Shown here: positions 38,034 through 47,375 of the stretch, piece by piece
How positions within the stretch are numbered: the stretch's first letter is position 1
How the letters are laid out: the number at the start of each line of letters is the position of its first letter
IMG/VR virus record: IMGVR_UViG_3300046683_000606
Coordinates: 4,570-68,569 of that record
DNA length: 64,000 nucleotides
Strand: one strand, 5' to 3'
Source of the DNA: a virus
Position numbers and translations under genes: made by a program
Notes under the pieces: model-generated
Told to the model about the DNA's origin: nothing
The model's database searches: none
Seen by the model: only the letters and a program-made list of their open reading frames with translations

Positions 38034-38052
38034 GGGAGAGAAAAACTCTCCC
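38034..38052 (-). terminator. Hairpin after DUF932 gene
   Basis: gggagag-aaaaa-ctctccc; weak U-tract. Confidence 0.4.
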
Positions 38053-38058
38053 CAGTCC

Positions 38059-39138
38059 TTAGAAAGTGGCCTCCATTAGCTTACCGGCGGCGCGATCTAG
38101 TTCTGTCCGGCCATCGGCGTATTTGATCGTCTGAGAAAAGCGCGTGAGACCTTGCACCATTCCCCAAACGGTGTTACGTGGTCCGTCCTGGGCAACGTTG
38201 ACGGCATCATAACCCGCGTCTATGGCTTTGCGGGTCAGTCCAGGGATACGCTTCCCAAAGAGCGCGTCAAGTACTTGCTCTTTGTTGGCGCCAATGATGC
38301 GCGTTTTGGAAGCTGCGATTTGTGCTTCAAGGTCCGAGGTTGATTCTTCGGCGTACCGGCGGACGGCGGCAAAGTAATGTGACCATTTGCTGCGAGCGTT
38401 TCCAACGTGGCGTACGCTGATTTCTACGACCTTGGACGCGCCCCATATGATGTGATTCCCGCACATTTCGCGGTACAGGAAGCGGGTTAACTTGAGTGCT
38501 GAGGCTCCAACTTCGGAGTTTTGCACGATTACACCTTTGTAAACGGCGCCGTCGCTGCCGCGTTCGGTTACGGTCAAGTCTGAATTGCGAAGGAAGGCGA
38601 ACATATCATGATCGGAAGCGTACAGGGCTGGAAAGTCGTCCTCTTTGCAGCGAATATCCGGCATGGCCGGTGCCCATCCCTGCGATTCCAATCCCAAGAG
38701 CCGTTCGGCTACTTCATAATTCCAAATGCGCGAATAGTCGTCGGTCACAATCGAACGGAGTAGCAGTCCGCCGTTCTCGTGGAACATCAAATTGGCTACT
38801 GCGTTGGCGGCGCCATTCTGCAAGCGTGCGGCCAGTCCGTAGTTAAGGTTCTGGCAAGCGAGGGTAGCGGGGAGTTCGCGCAAGTAGGATGCCGGTGCTT
38901 CGAGTCGGGCGCAAAGCTGGCCAAACGCCCAATGCGTGAGCTTCGCGGGTACTCCGGCCTTGCCTACCAGTTGCACATCACCGTCCACGTTCTCAACGCG
39001 CAAGTCTGCGAAGGGCATGCGCTTTTCTTTGGCAATGTCAGCGTAGTGCTTGGTTGCGTCGTACAGCGATTGCAAGTCGGCGAAGCGTTCATCTGCTGGC
39101 CGTGTGCTCCATTGTTTATTTGCTGCAAAGAGTTCCAT
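38059..39138 (-). CDS. DUF932-like protein
   Basis: QWSTRPADERF, LTHWAFGQLC, LYASDHDMFAFL, NSEVG, CGNHIIWG, TVWGMVQGLT. Confidence 0.75.
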   Translation of the reverse strand: MELFAANKQWSTRPADERFADLQSLYDATKHYADIAKEKRMPFADLRVENVDGDVQLVGKAGVPAKLTHWAFGQLCARLEAPASYLRELPATLACQNLNYGLAARLQNGAANAVANLMFHENGGLLLRSIVTDDYSRIWNYEVAERLLGLESQGWAPAMPDIRCKEDDFPALYASDHDMFAFLRNSDLTVTERGSDGAVYKGVIVQNSEVGASALKLTRFLYREMCGNHIIWGASKVVEISVRHVGNARSKWSHYFAAVRRYAEESTSDLEAQIAASKTRIIGANKEQVLDALFGKRIPGLTRKAIDAGYDAVNVAQDGPRNTVWGMVQGLTRFSQTIKYADGRTELDRAAGKLMEATF

Positions 39139-39240
39139 TTGCTTTATCCTTTTGCCCGACCGTGAGTTGGCTCTCCACTGTGGGCGATTGACCGTTAGGC
39201 GGTCAGGGATTGGAGCGTTTCTGCTCCGCACCCAAACGGT

Positions 39241-39420
39241 CTAACTGTTATGTTCTTCGAAGGTATCCCATACGATTTTGCGTTGTGCATCGGCCAGTGT
39301 GCGGAGTGTTTGATTCCGCGCGATGGCATCCTGACAGTTGCCGTTGCCACGTTCAGAGCGGATGTGGGAAGCGGCGCGTTGTAAAATGTTGATTGCCCGT
39401 GTATAGGTTTCGTAGTCCAT
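39241..39420 (-). CDS. Hypothetical protein (59 aa, not in ORF track)
   Basis: SD aaggag; MDYETYTRAINILQRAA... Confidence 0.6.
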   Translation of the reverse strand: MDYETYTRAINILQRAASHIRSERGNGNCQDAIARNQTLRTLADAQRKIVWDTFEEHNS

Positions 39421-39422
39421 TT

Positions 39423-39551
39423 TTAACTCCTTCCCAGTCTCGAAGCGATAACGCGAACAAACGAAACAAAGATAACGAGAATCACCAATGCCGGAGCGTT
39501 GGCGTCTAGCATGCGGCTAATTGCTTGGGCGGCGGTCTGTAGGGCGTCCAT
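39423..39551 (-). CDS. Small membrane peptide (42 aa, not in ORF track)
   Basis: MDALQTAAQ...ALVILVIFVSFVRVI. Confidence 0.45.
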   Translation of the reverse strand: MDALQTAAQAISRMLDANAPALVILVIFVSFVRVIASRLGRS

Positions 39552-39553
39552 GG

Positions 39554-39853
39554 TTACGCCTTCCTTTCCAGGTCAACGCGAGTAATACCGGCGTCGAACG
39601 GTTGCGGATCGGTGCGGTAGCAATTCTGAAAAGCGGTTGCGTGCCATTCCAGGTATTCGGAGTATTTCCGAAGTTCAAACCCGTAAATAGCGTGCAAGTC
39701 CAGCACGGTCGCATTGCGGGTCTGTCCATCGTCTGATATGCTGACGCGCTTTCCGCCTACGCAATAATCGTTAGAGTTAAAAGCGCGCGAAATGAAGCGG
39801 ACAACATTAGGACTGCAAACGTGTCCGTGATAACCACATTGTTGGCGGTCCAT
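39554..39853 (-). CDS. Hypothetical protein
   Basis: TAATG coupling with upstream gene. Confidence 0.55.
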   Translation of the reverse strand: MDRQQCGYHGHVCSPNVVRFISRAFNSNDYCVGGKRVSISDDGQTRNATVLDLHAIYGFELRKYSEYLEWHATAFQNCYRTDPQPFDAGITRVDLERKA

Positions 39854-40656
39854 TAGAACACCACATCCTGCTTGGCAGTCTTCGGGAATCCAGGGCGGGA
39901 AAACGGCCGGTCAAATGATGGAACGTGGCGCGGTGTCGGCTTGGGCAGTTCCGCAATAATGTCCATGATGGACACCTGCTCGCCACGCATTGCGCGGTCA
40001 TAGGTGGAGTCTTTCGGCGGTGGCAGTGGTTTAACCGGCTTTACCGGCGAGGGGAATTTAGAATCGGGGAACGTGTAAGTTTTCGGCGGTTCGGGAGTCT
40101 CGCGTACCAGTTCACAATTCTCGTCAAGCGTGAAAGTCTCAATCGTGGCTTCGGGGGAAAACTTCTCAATCTGCCGGTTAACATGCACGGCGGTTGAGTG
40201 GTCCAGCAATTCGGCTTCGTCGGTGTCTTCTTCACCGGCATACGGGATATTTTCCGGCGTGGCGTCGGGCTCTGGCAGTTCAAGCGGCGCGGTGGGCGTC
40301 GGGACGCGCACGTACTGTTTTGAGATGTGGGCGTCAATCACATTTCCGCGAATGTCCACCGCTTCCGTCTGCGATACGTGGAATACGGTCACAGTCCAGG
40401 GACGGCGCTCCTCACGGCCGTTCTTGCCAGTCTTGGTGATAAAGGTGAGACACTTCACGCCATGTTCACCTTTGCGAACCTGGCGGCCGTTCGCCTTCCA
40501 TGCGTTGTACGAGAATACGTTAACGCGGGGAATGATCTGATCTTCTGGGATTCCCTTCGCCATAAAGCCGCGAATGATCGGCGCATAATTCGAAAGGGAT
40601 TGACCGGATACTGCGCGGGTGAGTGCTTCTTGCTGGATTGCTGCTGAGGTGGCCAT
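39853..40656 (-). CDS. ArdC-like N-terminal ssDNA-binding domain protein
   Basis: SYNAWKANGRQVRKGEHG...VFHVSQTE; Pro/acidic tail in place of the metalloprotease domain. Confidence 0.8.
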   Translation of the reverse strand: MATSAAIQQEALTRAVSGQSLSNYAPIIRGFMAKGIPEDQIIPRVNVFSYNAWKANGRQVRKGEHGVKCLTFITKTGKNGREERRPWTVTVFHVSQTEAVDIRGNVIDAHISKQYVRVPTPTAPLELPEPDATPENIPYAGEEDTDEAELLDHSTAVHVNRQIEKFSPEATIETFTLDENCELVRETPEPPKTYTFPDSKFPSPVKPVKPLPPPKDSTYDRAMRGEQVSIMDIIAELPKPTPRHVPSFDRPFSRPGFPKTAKQDVVF

Positions 40657-40717
40657 TTCTGCTCCTGTGCCCTACCGTAGCTTGGCTGCTCACTGTGGGC
40701 TTGTTTGTTGCGTTTTG

Positions 40718-40885
40718 CTACTGTACTGCCTTCTTACAAGTAAAGAGCTTGCGTTTGAGAATTTCGATTGCTCGGCTAAGTGCTTGCCATTCTTGATGCT
40801 TCCATCCGTCGCCAATACCGGCTTGAATCTCTACTCCCGCGGAGATTAAAGCTAGAATTTGAGCTCTTGTTAATTCAATTTGCAT
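40718..40885 (-). CDS. Hypothetical protein
   Basis: MQIELTRAQILALISAG; overlaps upstream stop. Confidence 0.5.
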   Translation of the reverse strand: MQIELTRAQILALISAGVEIQAGIGDGWKHQEWQALSRAIEILKRKLFTCKKAVQ

Positions 40886-41063
40886 TGTGGTCCCATTTGG
40901 CATCATTCTTTCCGGCGGCATATCCCTTGGCATAGTCAAATGCGCCAAACGGTTTCGTGGCCGATGGGGCGTCTATGTAGCGTTGTTCTCTGCCTGCGTA
41001 TCCATCTTGATAGCCGGAACGATAACTGAGGGAAACACGTTCTAGTGTTTTATTACTTATCAC
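40875..41063 (-). CDS. Small protein with Y..GY.DG repeats
   Basis: YRSGYQDGYAG / YAKGYAAGKND; SD aggagagg. Confidence 0.65.
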   Translation of the reverse strand: MISNKTLERVSLSYRSGYQDGYAGREQRYIDAPSATKPFGAFDYAKGYAAGKNDAKWDHNAN

Positions 41064-41118
41064 TGGCGAGCCTCTCCTGCCTACTGAGCCCTTGCGTCGG
41101 GCATCCGTGGCAAGAGCA

Positions 41119-41147
41119 ACAGTACGCTAAACTGCGGACAACGTCAA
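41119..41147 (-). promoter_or_regulatory. Leftward early promoter with operator
   Basis: TTGACG-17-TACTGT; near copy of 36042-36067 (gtacgct.a..tgcggaca..gtcaag). Confidence 0.75.
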
Positions 41148-41212
41148 GCAAATTCGTATGAGTAAACGAAATTAATTTAAGTTTGTGAGTACTGATGCTA
41201 GAATCGCGGCAT

Positions 41213-41830
41213 ATGAAGGGCGGGAAAAAGACTTATGTCCGTTCTGATGCTCAAAGAAGATTTGAGGTCTTCGCCCGTCAATACGTCATTCATAACTTCG
41301 ACGGTCCTAGGGCTGCTATTGCTGCTGGATACTCTCCTAAGACTGCTGGCGTCACTGCTTCTCAACTTCTAACAAAGCCTAAGATTAAGGGGCTGATCGC
41401 CAAGTTTTCAGCCCCAGCAATAAAAAAACACGACATTTCGATTGAAAGAACGTTAGAAGAAATTGCGCGTTGCGCGTTCATTGATCCCAGGAAGTTATTC
41501 CGGGCTGACGGTTCACTGCTGCCGGTCCAGGAACTAGACGCTGATACGGCCGCATGTATTGCGGGGATTGAACAAACGGGCAAGCGTACGAAGCGCGTCA
41601 AGCTGACTGACAAGCTGCGCGCGCTAGATATGTTGGGACGGTTTCATAAGATATTCGCTGAGGATCGGACTACAGTTGATATGGGCGTGCGCGTGATTGT
41701 TGTGGATGCTCCCAGGCCACCGCGTCTAGTAGGCTCCGGTCCTGCTACGGCGTCGAACGGTAACGGACATAATGGGAATGGCCACCATAACGGAAACGGC
41801 CATAAGCCCGACCAGGATGGCGACGAATAG
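41213..41830 (+). CDS. terS: Terminase small subunit
   Basis: FARQYV..FDGPRAAIAAGYSPKTA...ASQLL, EEIARCAFIDPRKLF, DKLRALDMLGR. Confidence 0.92.
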   Translation: MKGGKKTYVRSDAQRRFEVFARQYVIHNFDGPRAAIAAGYSPKTAGVTASQLLTKPKIKGLIAKFSAPAIKKHDISIERTLEEIARCAFIDPRKLFRADGSLLPVQELDADTAACIAGIEQTGKRTKRVKLTDKLRALDMLGRFHKIFAEDRTTVDMGVRVIVVDAPRPPRLVGSGPATASNGNGHNGNGHHNGNGHKPDQDGDE

Positions 41831-41931
41831 CGTATTACTGCGGTCCTACCACTGTCTTACAATCCCAGTGTCTTACGCGAGCGCGACAATATACTTGCAC
41901 CTATTGTCTTACCGGGGTAAGATGCTGCCCG

Positions 41932-42435
41932 ATGGAAACCGTAACGATACGAGTATTCGAAACTGATTTAATAGCGTGGAAGCGCAAGTCGAATCTTCGC
42001 GGGTTGTCGGTGTCAGAATGGATTCGGCGCCAGTGCAATGAAGCACAAACTATTTCGGAGCAGGTAAACGGTCCCGGTCCGGAGAGTGAGCGAAGCAATG
42101 GAAGTGAGACTAATCAAAACGTGTCACGGGCTCCGCGAGATTCGTCTACTCGACGGCGCGTTGCTTCCGCCGGACGGCGGAGTAGTCCACCAGGAACATA
42201 CAGCTACCCAAGGCGAGTTGATTCCAGTCCGGTTGAGGATGGGAATAGGGGATCAGTTGAGACAACTACTGCGGTCGTCGTTCCTTCCGTGGTGGCAGAA
42301 TCCGTTCCAGTCCAAAAAGTAATCCATACGGCCACATCTAACCGGCTAACCTGCCTTTGTAATACCTGCACGCTTTACCGCAAGAATAATTCCCTGCCTA
42401 TAGGCGGGTTGCCTAAGAAAGAAAAGGCGCGATGA
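41932..42435 (+). CDS. Ribbon-helix-helix protein with disordered tail
   Basis: TVTIRV...WKRK....GLSVSEWIRRQC; own promoter TTGCAC(41895)-17-TAAGAT. Confidence 0.65.
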   Translation: METVTIRVFETDLIAWKRKSNLRGLSVSEWIRRQCNEAQTISEQVNGPGPESERSNGSETNQNVSRAPRDSSTRRRVASAGRRSSPPGTYSYPRRVDSSPVEDGNRGSVETTTAVVVPSVVAESVPVQKVIHTATSNRLTCLCNTCTLYRKNNSLPIGGLPKKEKAR

Positions 42436-42569
42436 CTGACGATGAAAGAAAAGTGTGGTTAGAAAATCTGCGTAGCGATCTATGGCAATTAATCGCGGGA
42501 GTAGAACTAACCCAAGCCGAGGGCGAAGTACTGATTCAAGAGATACGTTTGAGAATGAGGCGGCCGTGA
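42432..42569 (+). CDS. Hypothetical protein (45 aa)
   Basis: ATGA and GTGA coupling at both ends. Confidence 0.5.
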   Translation: MTDDERKVWLENLRSDLWQLIAGVELTQAEGEVLIQEIRLRMRRP

Positions 42570-42805
42570 GCGATCTAGACCTGGATCAGCTTGTTCATAC
42601 TCCCGAAGGCCGGTTAATGCTGGAAGTCCTGCAAGGCCGTCGGCTGCCACTAATGGTGTGCATTCAGGATAGGGGCGAAGTCGTGTTCTGGTATCCGCCG
42701 AAAATCCTCAATAACCTAATGACCGATGGTGAGCGTTTGATTGAGTGGACTAGGTTGCTTGAGGAGCATGCGGCGCGGATGCTGGATCAGGTTCCCAAAC
42801 AATGA
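42566..42805 (+). CDS. Hypothetical protein
   Basis: GTG start with gagg SD. Confidence 0.55.
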   Translation: MSDLDLDQLVHTPEGRLMLEVLQGRRLPLMVCIQDRGEVVFWYPPKILNNLMTDGERLIEWTRLLEEHAARMLDQVPKQ

Positions 42806-42957
42806 AGTGGAAGCATTGTTCTCGCTGTGATGCGGTGCGCGGTCCGTGTAATCCTGTCAAAACTGGGTGGCGTCGTGGTCCTATTGGCGGGAAAGTGTAT
42901 ACGTTATGTCCTGAATGCACGGCGGCGCTGCTCAAGCTGTTTAGGCTCCAGCGATGA
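42802..42957 (+). CDS. Small zinc-ribbon protein (51 aa)
   Basis: CSRC...LCPEC; ATGA coupling. Confidence 0.55.
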   Translation: MKWKHCSRCDAVRGPCNPVKTGWRRGPIGGKVYTLCPECTAALLKLFRLQR

Positions 42958-43056
42958 AACGTGTAGCGGTATGGCTTGCCTACTCTTTAGGCGTGGTAAC
43001 AGGTTTCGGTGCTGGAGTATGCTTCGCGTCCTGGATGCTGAATCAATGGTGAGAGT

Positions 43057-43422
43057 ATGAAGCGTAGCGCAACTGGCGAGCGGTTATGGCGTGAGTTTCG
43101 GGTGCGGGTAGTTATTCCAGGCACGAAGGATATAGTCTGGCGTTTGCATCCGCCGGCGAAGCGGGGATACTCTGCGGCCGATCTCGATAAGATGCTCGAC
43201 CAGGTTGCGGAGTATTTAGAGAAACGGTTTCCTTCGATAGAGTTTCGTATGGTGGAACTGGCGCCGAATGTCTGTAATTTTATTTATGCTGGAAGGAAGG
43301 CAGGTACAGGCAATGCGAACCGAGGAGCAGCGCAAGTACATGCGGGAATACATGCGTCGCTGGTTATCGCTACCGAAGAACTACGCCAAGCACCGAGCCC
43401 ACTACTGCTCTATACCGAATGA
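43057..43422 (+). CDS. Hypothetical protein
   Basis: ORF whose C-terminus overlaps the HNH gene. Confidence 0.55.
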   Translation: MKRSATGERLWREFRVRVVIPGTKDIVWRLHPPAKRGYSAADLDKMLDQVAEYLEKRFPSIEFRMVELAPNVCNFIYAGRKAGTGNANRGAAQVHAGIHASLVIATEELRQAPSPLLLYTE

Positions 43423-43648
43423 GGTTAGGGCAGCGTATCAAGAAAAATGGCGATTAAAAAATCTGGCGAAAGCGGCTGCCCAGGCAAAACTGCATAGGGC
43501 TGTGGAATCTGGGAGACTTGTCCGACCTGAGAAGTGCGAGCGCTGCGGAAAGATTTGCAAACCGCAAGCACACCATCCAAACTACAAACGCGCGCTGAGA
43601 GTTGAATGGCTTTGCTCCTTATGTCATGGGTGCGAAAGAAGGAAATAG
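43313..43648 (+). CDS. HNH-type endonuclease
   Basis: CERCG...QAHHPNY...VEWLCSLCH. Confidence 0.8.
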   Translation: MRTEEQRKYMREYMRRWLSLPKNYAKHRAHYCSIPNEVRAAYQEKWRLKNLAKAAAQAKLHRAVESGRLVRPEKCERCGKICKPQAHHPNYKRALRVEWLCSLCHGCERRK

Positions 43649-43649
43649 A

Positions 43650-43961
43650 ATGTCAGAACCAGTCAAGAATCCTTGTCCGAGTAATGCGGTGGCTTCGGAG
43701 ATTGCGCGGGAAGTGTGCGCGAAGTCCGGCCATTCGATAGCGTCACTTTCGAACGGTCATCAAGTCGGGCCGCAAGGTATAGTTCCAATGGCCATAACCG
43801 TCTGCACCAAGTGCGGTATTGGGTTGAATGAGATACGCGAGGGAACTGACCGGGCATTCAATATGGCGGTCGCCGAAGGCGTCAAGCAAGCGGTGGCTGC
43901 GTTGCATCCTCCTCCGATGCCGGTGCCCGATGCTAAAGTACCAGTTACGGAACCGGCTTAA
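43650..43961 (+). CDS. Hypothetical zinc-binding protein
   Basis: C...GH...CTKCG; SD aagga. Confidence 0.55.
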   Translation: MSEPVKNPCPSNAVASEIAREVCAKSGHSIASLSNGHQVGPQGIVPMAITVCTKCGIGLNEIREGTDRAFNMAVAEGVKQAVAALHPPPMPVPDAKVPVTEPA

Positions 43962-44005
43962 TCTGATATTCTCCCGTTGTTTGCTGAAGTTCAACGGGGA
44001 TAGAC

Positions 44006-44113
44006 AATCGTTCGGGGGGTTAGTTTGGGACGTTGCAGACTGCATGCCCTAGGTGGTTTGACCATCGCGTGCTTTCCATGTTCCTCTGAGGGCTAATCTC
44101 CTGAGCGGTTTTT
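44006..44113 (+). other. Long G-U-rich RNA hairpin upstream of terL
   Basis: 44006-44026 pairs fully with 44090-44110 using G-U; nested inner stems; ends in T-run. Confidence 0.6.
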
Positions 44114-44129
44114 CTGGTAGTATCCTGCC

Positions 44130-45821
44130 GTGAGTCCTGCCGCAATCTCTGAACCTGTAGACGACGGTCAACGTAGTACTTCTTCGTTTTATCAACCGTG
44201 GCCACATCAAATTGCTTTTCACTGCTCTCCGGCAAAGTATCGGTTACAGGTCGGCGGGTTTGGTTCTGGCAAGTCGCGGCCGCTGTTGATGGAAGCAATC
44301 TTTCACTGCTTAGAGTATCCTGGCTCGAATAGCATCCTCCTGCGTAAGACAATTCCTGATCTAAAACGGACGGTGATCGACAAGTTTCTGGCGGATGTGC
44401 CGCGCTGGATGTACCAGTTCTACCATCAAGGCGACCACATTGTTTATTTCCATCCGCAACCGGAATTGGACGGGAAGGGCAAGCCAACTGGTAAGATGCT
44501 GCAAAGCAAGTTGTTTTTTGGGGCATGCGAGCGCGAGGCGGATGTAGGCAAATATCTTTCGACGGAGTACGTCTTTATCGGGTTTGAGGAGTTGGGAGAG
44601 TTTTCATTTGCCATTTGGGATGCGTTGGCTGGCCGCAATCGCTGCCCGATCCCTGGAACACGTCCAACGATGGGCGGCGCCACTAACCCGATGGGTGTTG
44701 GCTGGTCATGGATTAAGAAGCTGTGGAAGGATAAAAAACCGTTTCAAGGAATGGATGCGGAGAAATACGACGCTGCGGACTATGAGTACTTTCATTCGAC
44801 GGTGGACAATAACCCGCTGTACGCGAACAACAAGGAATATATAGCGCAACTGGAACGGTCACCGCTGCGGGATAAAATCCGCTGGGGCAAAATGGATTCG
44901 GTTTCCGGTCAATTCTTCGAGAACTGGGAGCCGGTCAGACATTGTAGAGCAGCGAGCGATTTCACTTTCGAGGACTGGCAACCGGTTTGGGTGGGATGGG
45001 ACTACGGTTTCGGCCACTATGCCGGAATTGTTTTTTTCACTAAAGCGATTCTGAAACCTAATCTCAAGTTTGGATGGGACAAGCCACGGCGGGTCAATGT
45101 GGCCATTAAAGAGTTGGTTATGTCCGGTGCTGCCGATGGCCAATCGCAAGGCGCTACTCCGGAGGAGCAAGCTAAAGCGCTGATTGCGTGCATCCCGCGA
45201 GTACAGATGCGGTCGCATAAAACCGGAGAAGATTTTGAAATGGAAGATACCTTCTCGTATGAGGAGCAGGAACGGGACAACGAGTACGGGTATAAGTGGG
45301 ATGTGGACTCGATCCACTTTTCCTGGGAAAGATTTAATAGGACGGTGAGTAATCGCACGGTGGCCGATGAAGTTGGGGAATTATTGCAGCGTGCGGGTTT
45401 GCCTTTGCCTACACGGTCAAACACGGATCGAGTGGCCGGATGGCAAAAGATTTATGATTTGCTGGACACCGATGAGTTCTTTGTATTACAAAACGAGTGC
45501 CCAACATTGGCCGAAGCGATACCCTTGTTAGTGAGAGGCGATGGGATAACCTGTTCGGCTGAGGATGTGGTCAAGCCAAAAGGACTAAGTTTGAATGACG
45601 ATATTGCCGAAGCGTGCCGGTACGGGATTGCGGGAACATTGTTAGATGCTTCCGATGTTCCTGAGTCGGTCAAGCTGCGCGAAAGATTACAGGCAATTAA
45701 AGACCCCATGGCCAGAGCAGCAGCAGCGTATAGGGATTACAACTTGAAACAAGCAGCGCTCAAGAGACCGCCAAAGCCTATATCGGTTCCAAGCTGGTAC
45801 AACAAATTGAGGCCGCAATGA
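44130..45821 (+). CDS. terL: Terminase large subunit
   Basis: YQPWPHQ, Walker A GGFGSGKS, Walker B FIGFEE, ATNP, nuclease VGWDYG, DDIAEACRY. Confidence 0.95.
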   Translation: MSPAAISEPVDDGQRSTSSFYQPWPHQIAFHCSPAKYRLQVGGFGSGKSRPLLMEAIFHCLEYPGSNSILLRKTIPDLKRTVIDKFLADVPRWMYQFYHQGDHIVYFHPQPELDGKGKPTGKMLQSKLFFGACEREADVGKYLSTEYVFIGFEELGEFSFAIWDALAGRNRCPIPGTRPTMGGATNPMGVGWSWIKKLWKDKKPFQGMDAEKYDAADYEYFHSTVDNNPLYANNKEYIAQLERSPLRDKIRWGKMDSVSGQFFENWEPVRHCRAASDFTFEDWQPVWVGWDYGFGHYAGIVFFTKAILKPNLKFGWDKPRRVNVAIKELVMSGAADGQSQGATPEEQAKALIACIPRVQMRSHKTGEDFEMEDTFSYEEQERDNEYGYKWDVDSIHFSWERFNRTVSNRTVADEVGELLQRAGLPLPTRSNTDRVAGWQKIYDLLDTDEFFVLQNECPTLAEAIPLLVRGDGITCSAEDVVKPKGLSLNDDIAEACRYGIAGTLLDASDVPESVKLRERLQAIKDPMARAAAAYRDYNLKQAALKRPPKPISVPSWYNKLRPQ

Positions 45822-46033
45822 AGAACATCAGGCAAGAGGTAACGTTTGATTGCGGCTGCCGTTTTGTGAATGGCGGTGCCGTTGCACTCTGCGAGCGTGG
45901 GCGGGTTGAAGGTGGGTGCCTAGTCCATTTGGATGACTTGGACCTAGCACGCGAACGTGCGCGCTTGTCCGTGCTGGAGCTAACCGAAAAAGATGTGAGA
46001 CTTCTGCGAGCCATGAAGATTGAGGCGCCCTAG
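45818..46033 (+). CDS. Small Cys-containing protein
   Basis: FDCGC...C...C..H; ATGA coupling. Confidence 0.55.
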   Translation: MKNIRQEVTFDCGCRFVNGGAVALCERGRVEGGCLVHLDDLDLARERARLSVLELTEKDVRLLRAMKIEAP

Positions 46034-46426
46034 ATGACCTGGTATCGTTCAAAATATGTCCAGTTTCTTGAATCGGAATTGGACGCTATGCGTAAGCGGC
46101 ATGCCGAGGACGTAGCAACCTTAAAAAATCTTCACGCCGAAGAAATGAATCGGTGTATTGTAGAGGCCAATCGGGGATGGGCGGAAGCGGATCGCTTGCG
46201 GCAATTCCTGATTCCAGGTATTCCTCAAACTGTCCGCACGGCTCCTGAACCACAAGCAGATAATTCTCCCGTCGAAGAAAAGGAACTGGAGCACGGCACT
46301 CCGTACCAACGGTTGCTCGCGAAACGGCAGAAAGAAATTCAGGCGGCCTACGAGCAAGCCGAAGCAAAAGAAAAGATCAGGTTCGAAGCAGCAAAAGCAG
46401 CAGAGGCGGCTACAGCGCCGTCCTAG
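46034..46426 (+). CDS. Helical hypothetical protein
   Basis: SD gagg; abuts previous stop. Confidence 0.65.
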   Translation: MTWYRSKYVQFLESELDAMRKRHAEDVATLKNLHAEEMNRCIVEANRGWAEADRLRQFLIPGIPQTVRTAPEPQADNSPVEEKELEHGTPYQRLLAKRQKEIQAAYEQAEAKEKIRFEAAKAAEAATAPS

Positions 46427-46437
46427 GAGAAAACGAA

Positions 46438-46866
46438 ATGGGAGTTTACGCAAACGACGGAACGCCTCACCACTCAATGAGCCGGGCACGGATGCACGAA
46501 GAGACACAAGCCAGTAAGCCTAAAGCAATGCCCGACAAGAAACCGACGGACGGAGTGCAAAAAGAATCTTCCTCCGAATCGATTGAGGATGTGGTAGGCA
46601 AGCACGGTCCAGCGCACGAAATGCACTACACTCACGACAAGGCCAGCAATAAGCATAAAGTTAATTCCAAGCACGGCGAAGAAGGCCACGAACACAATTC
46701 GGAGCACGATACTCCTGAAGATGCCATGGACCACATGCACAAGGCCGCCGGCGCGCAGGACGACGAAGAGAATGAGGACGAAGAGTTTGGCGAGGAAGCT
46801 GGCGAAGAAATGCCGGAAATGCAGCAAGCCTCATCCGGTCGTCACGGCCACATCCCAGGACTATAA
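46438..46866 (+). CDS. His/Glu-rich protein
   Basis: SD aggag; HGPAHEMHYTH...HGEEGHEHNSEH...DHMH. Confidence 0.75.
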   Translation: MGVYANDGTPHHSMSRARMHEETQASKPKAMPDKKPTDGVQKESSSESIEDVVGKHGPAHEMHYTHDKASNKHKVNSKHGEEGHEHNSEHDTPEDAMDHMHKAAGAQDDEENEDEEFGEEAGEEMPEMQQASSGRHGHIPGL

Positions 46867-47043
46867 ATGCCGGCAAAAGAAATCATGCCGCTATTCCGAG
46901 CAGGGAAACTCCATTCGGGGAGCGGCGGCATTGTGAAGAAACCCAAACAAGCAAAAGCAATTTTGCTTTCTTATCTCCGCAAGGAAGGCCACGACATTCC
47001 CGAAAAGAAATCAACCGGATTCCATAGCAAGAAGGCGAGGTAG
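46867..47043 (+). CDS. DUF6496-like small basic protein (58 aa, not in ORF track)
   Basis: MPAKEIMPLFRAGKLHSGSGGIVKKPKQAKAILLSYLRKEG. Confidence 0.75.
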   Translation: MPAKEIMPLFRAGKLHSGSGGIVKKPKQAKAILLSYLRKEGHDIPEKKSTGFHSKKAR

Positions 47044-47045
47044 GA

Positions 47046-47375
47046 ATGATTCGAATTGATGCTGGCGGTAGCATGCTGACGGAAGGAATCTCCGAACTTG
47101 CCTTGCAAGAACTAAAGGCAGTCAACGAGGAAAACTATCCTAAGCCTTGGGAAGTGATTCTATATCCGGAACACATGCAACTCATGGCCAGATTGAAACA
47201 ACTTGTTTTCCTTCCCACTGATTCTCAAGTTAAATATAACTACCCGCGTGTCCAGTTTCACGGAATGACCGTCATACAAGACCTGAACTTTTCCAAAGAT
47301 ATGATCGAGATGCGCGATGCCAGGGGAAAATCTCTCGCGGTGATCGTGAATCTTTCTTTGCCGTCTTATGGATAA
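47046..47375 (+). CDS. Hypothetical protein
   Basis: ORF filling operon; start may be 47074. Confidence 0.55.
   Translation: MIRIDAGGSMLTEGISELALQELKAVNEENYPKPWEVILYPEHMQLMARLKQLVFLPTDSQVKYNYPRVQFHGMTVIQDLNFSKDMIEMRDARGKSLAVIVNLSLPSYG

Noticed and set aside
41765-41805. NGNGH repeats at the terS C-terminus
   Set aside because: Low-complexity disordered tail; no evidence of a separate element.
45195-45300. Acidic insertion in terL as a possible intein
   Set aside because: Too short and lacks C/S start and HN end motifs; likely a surface loop.
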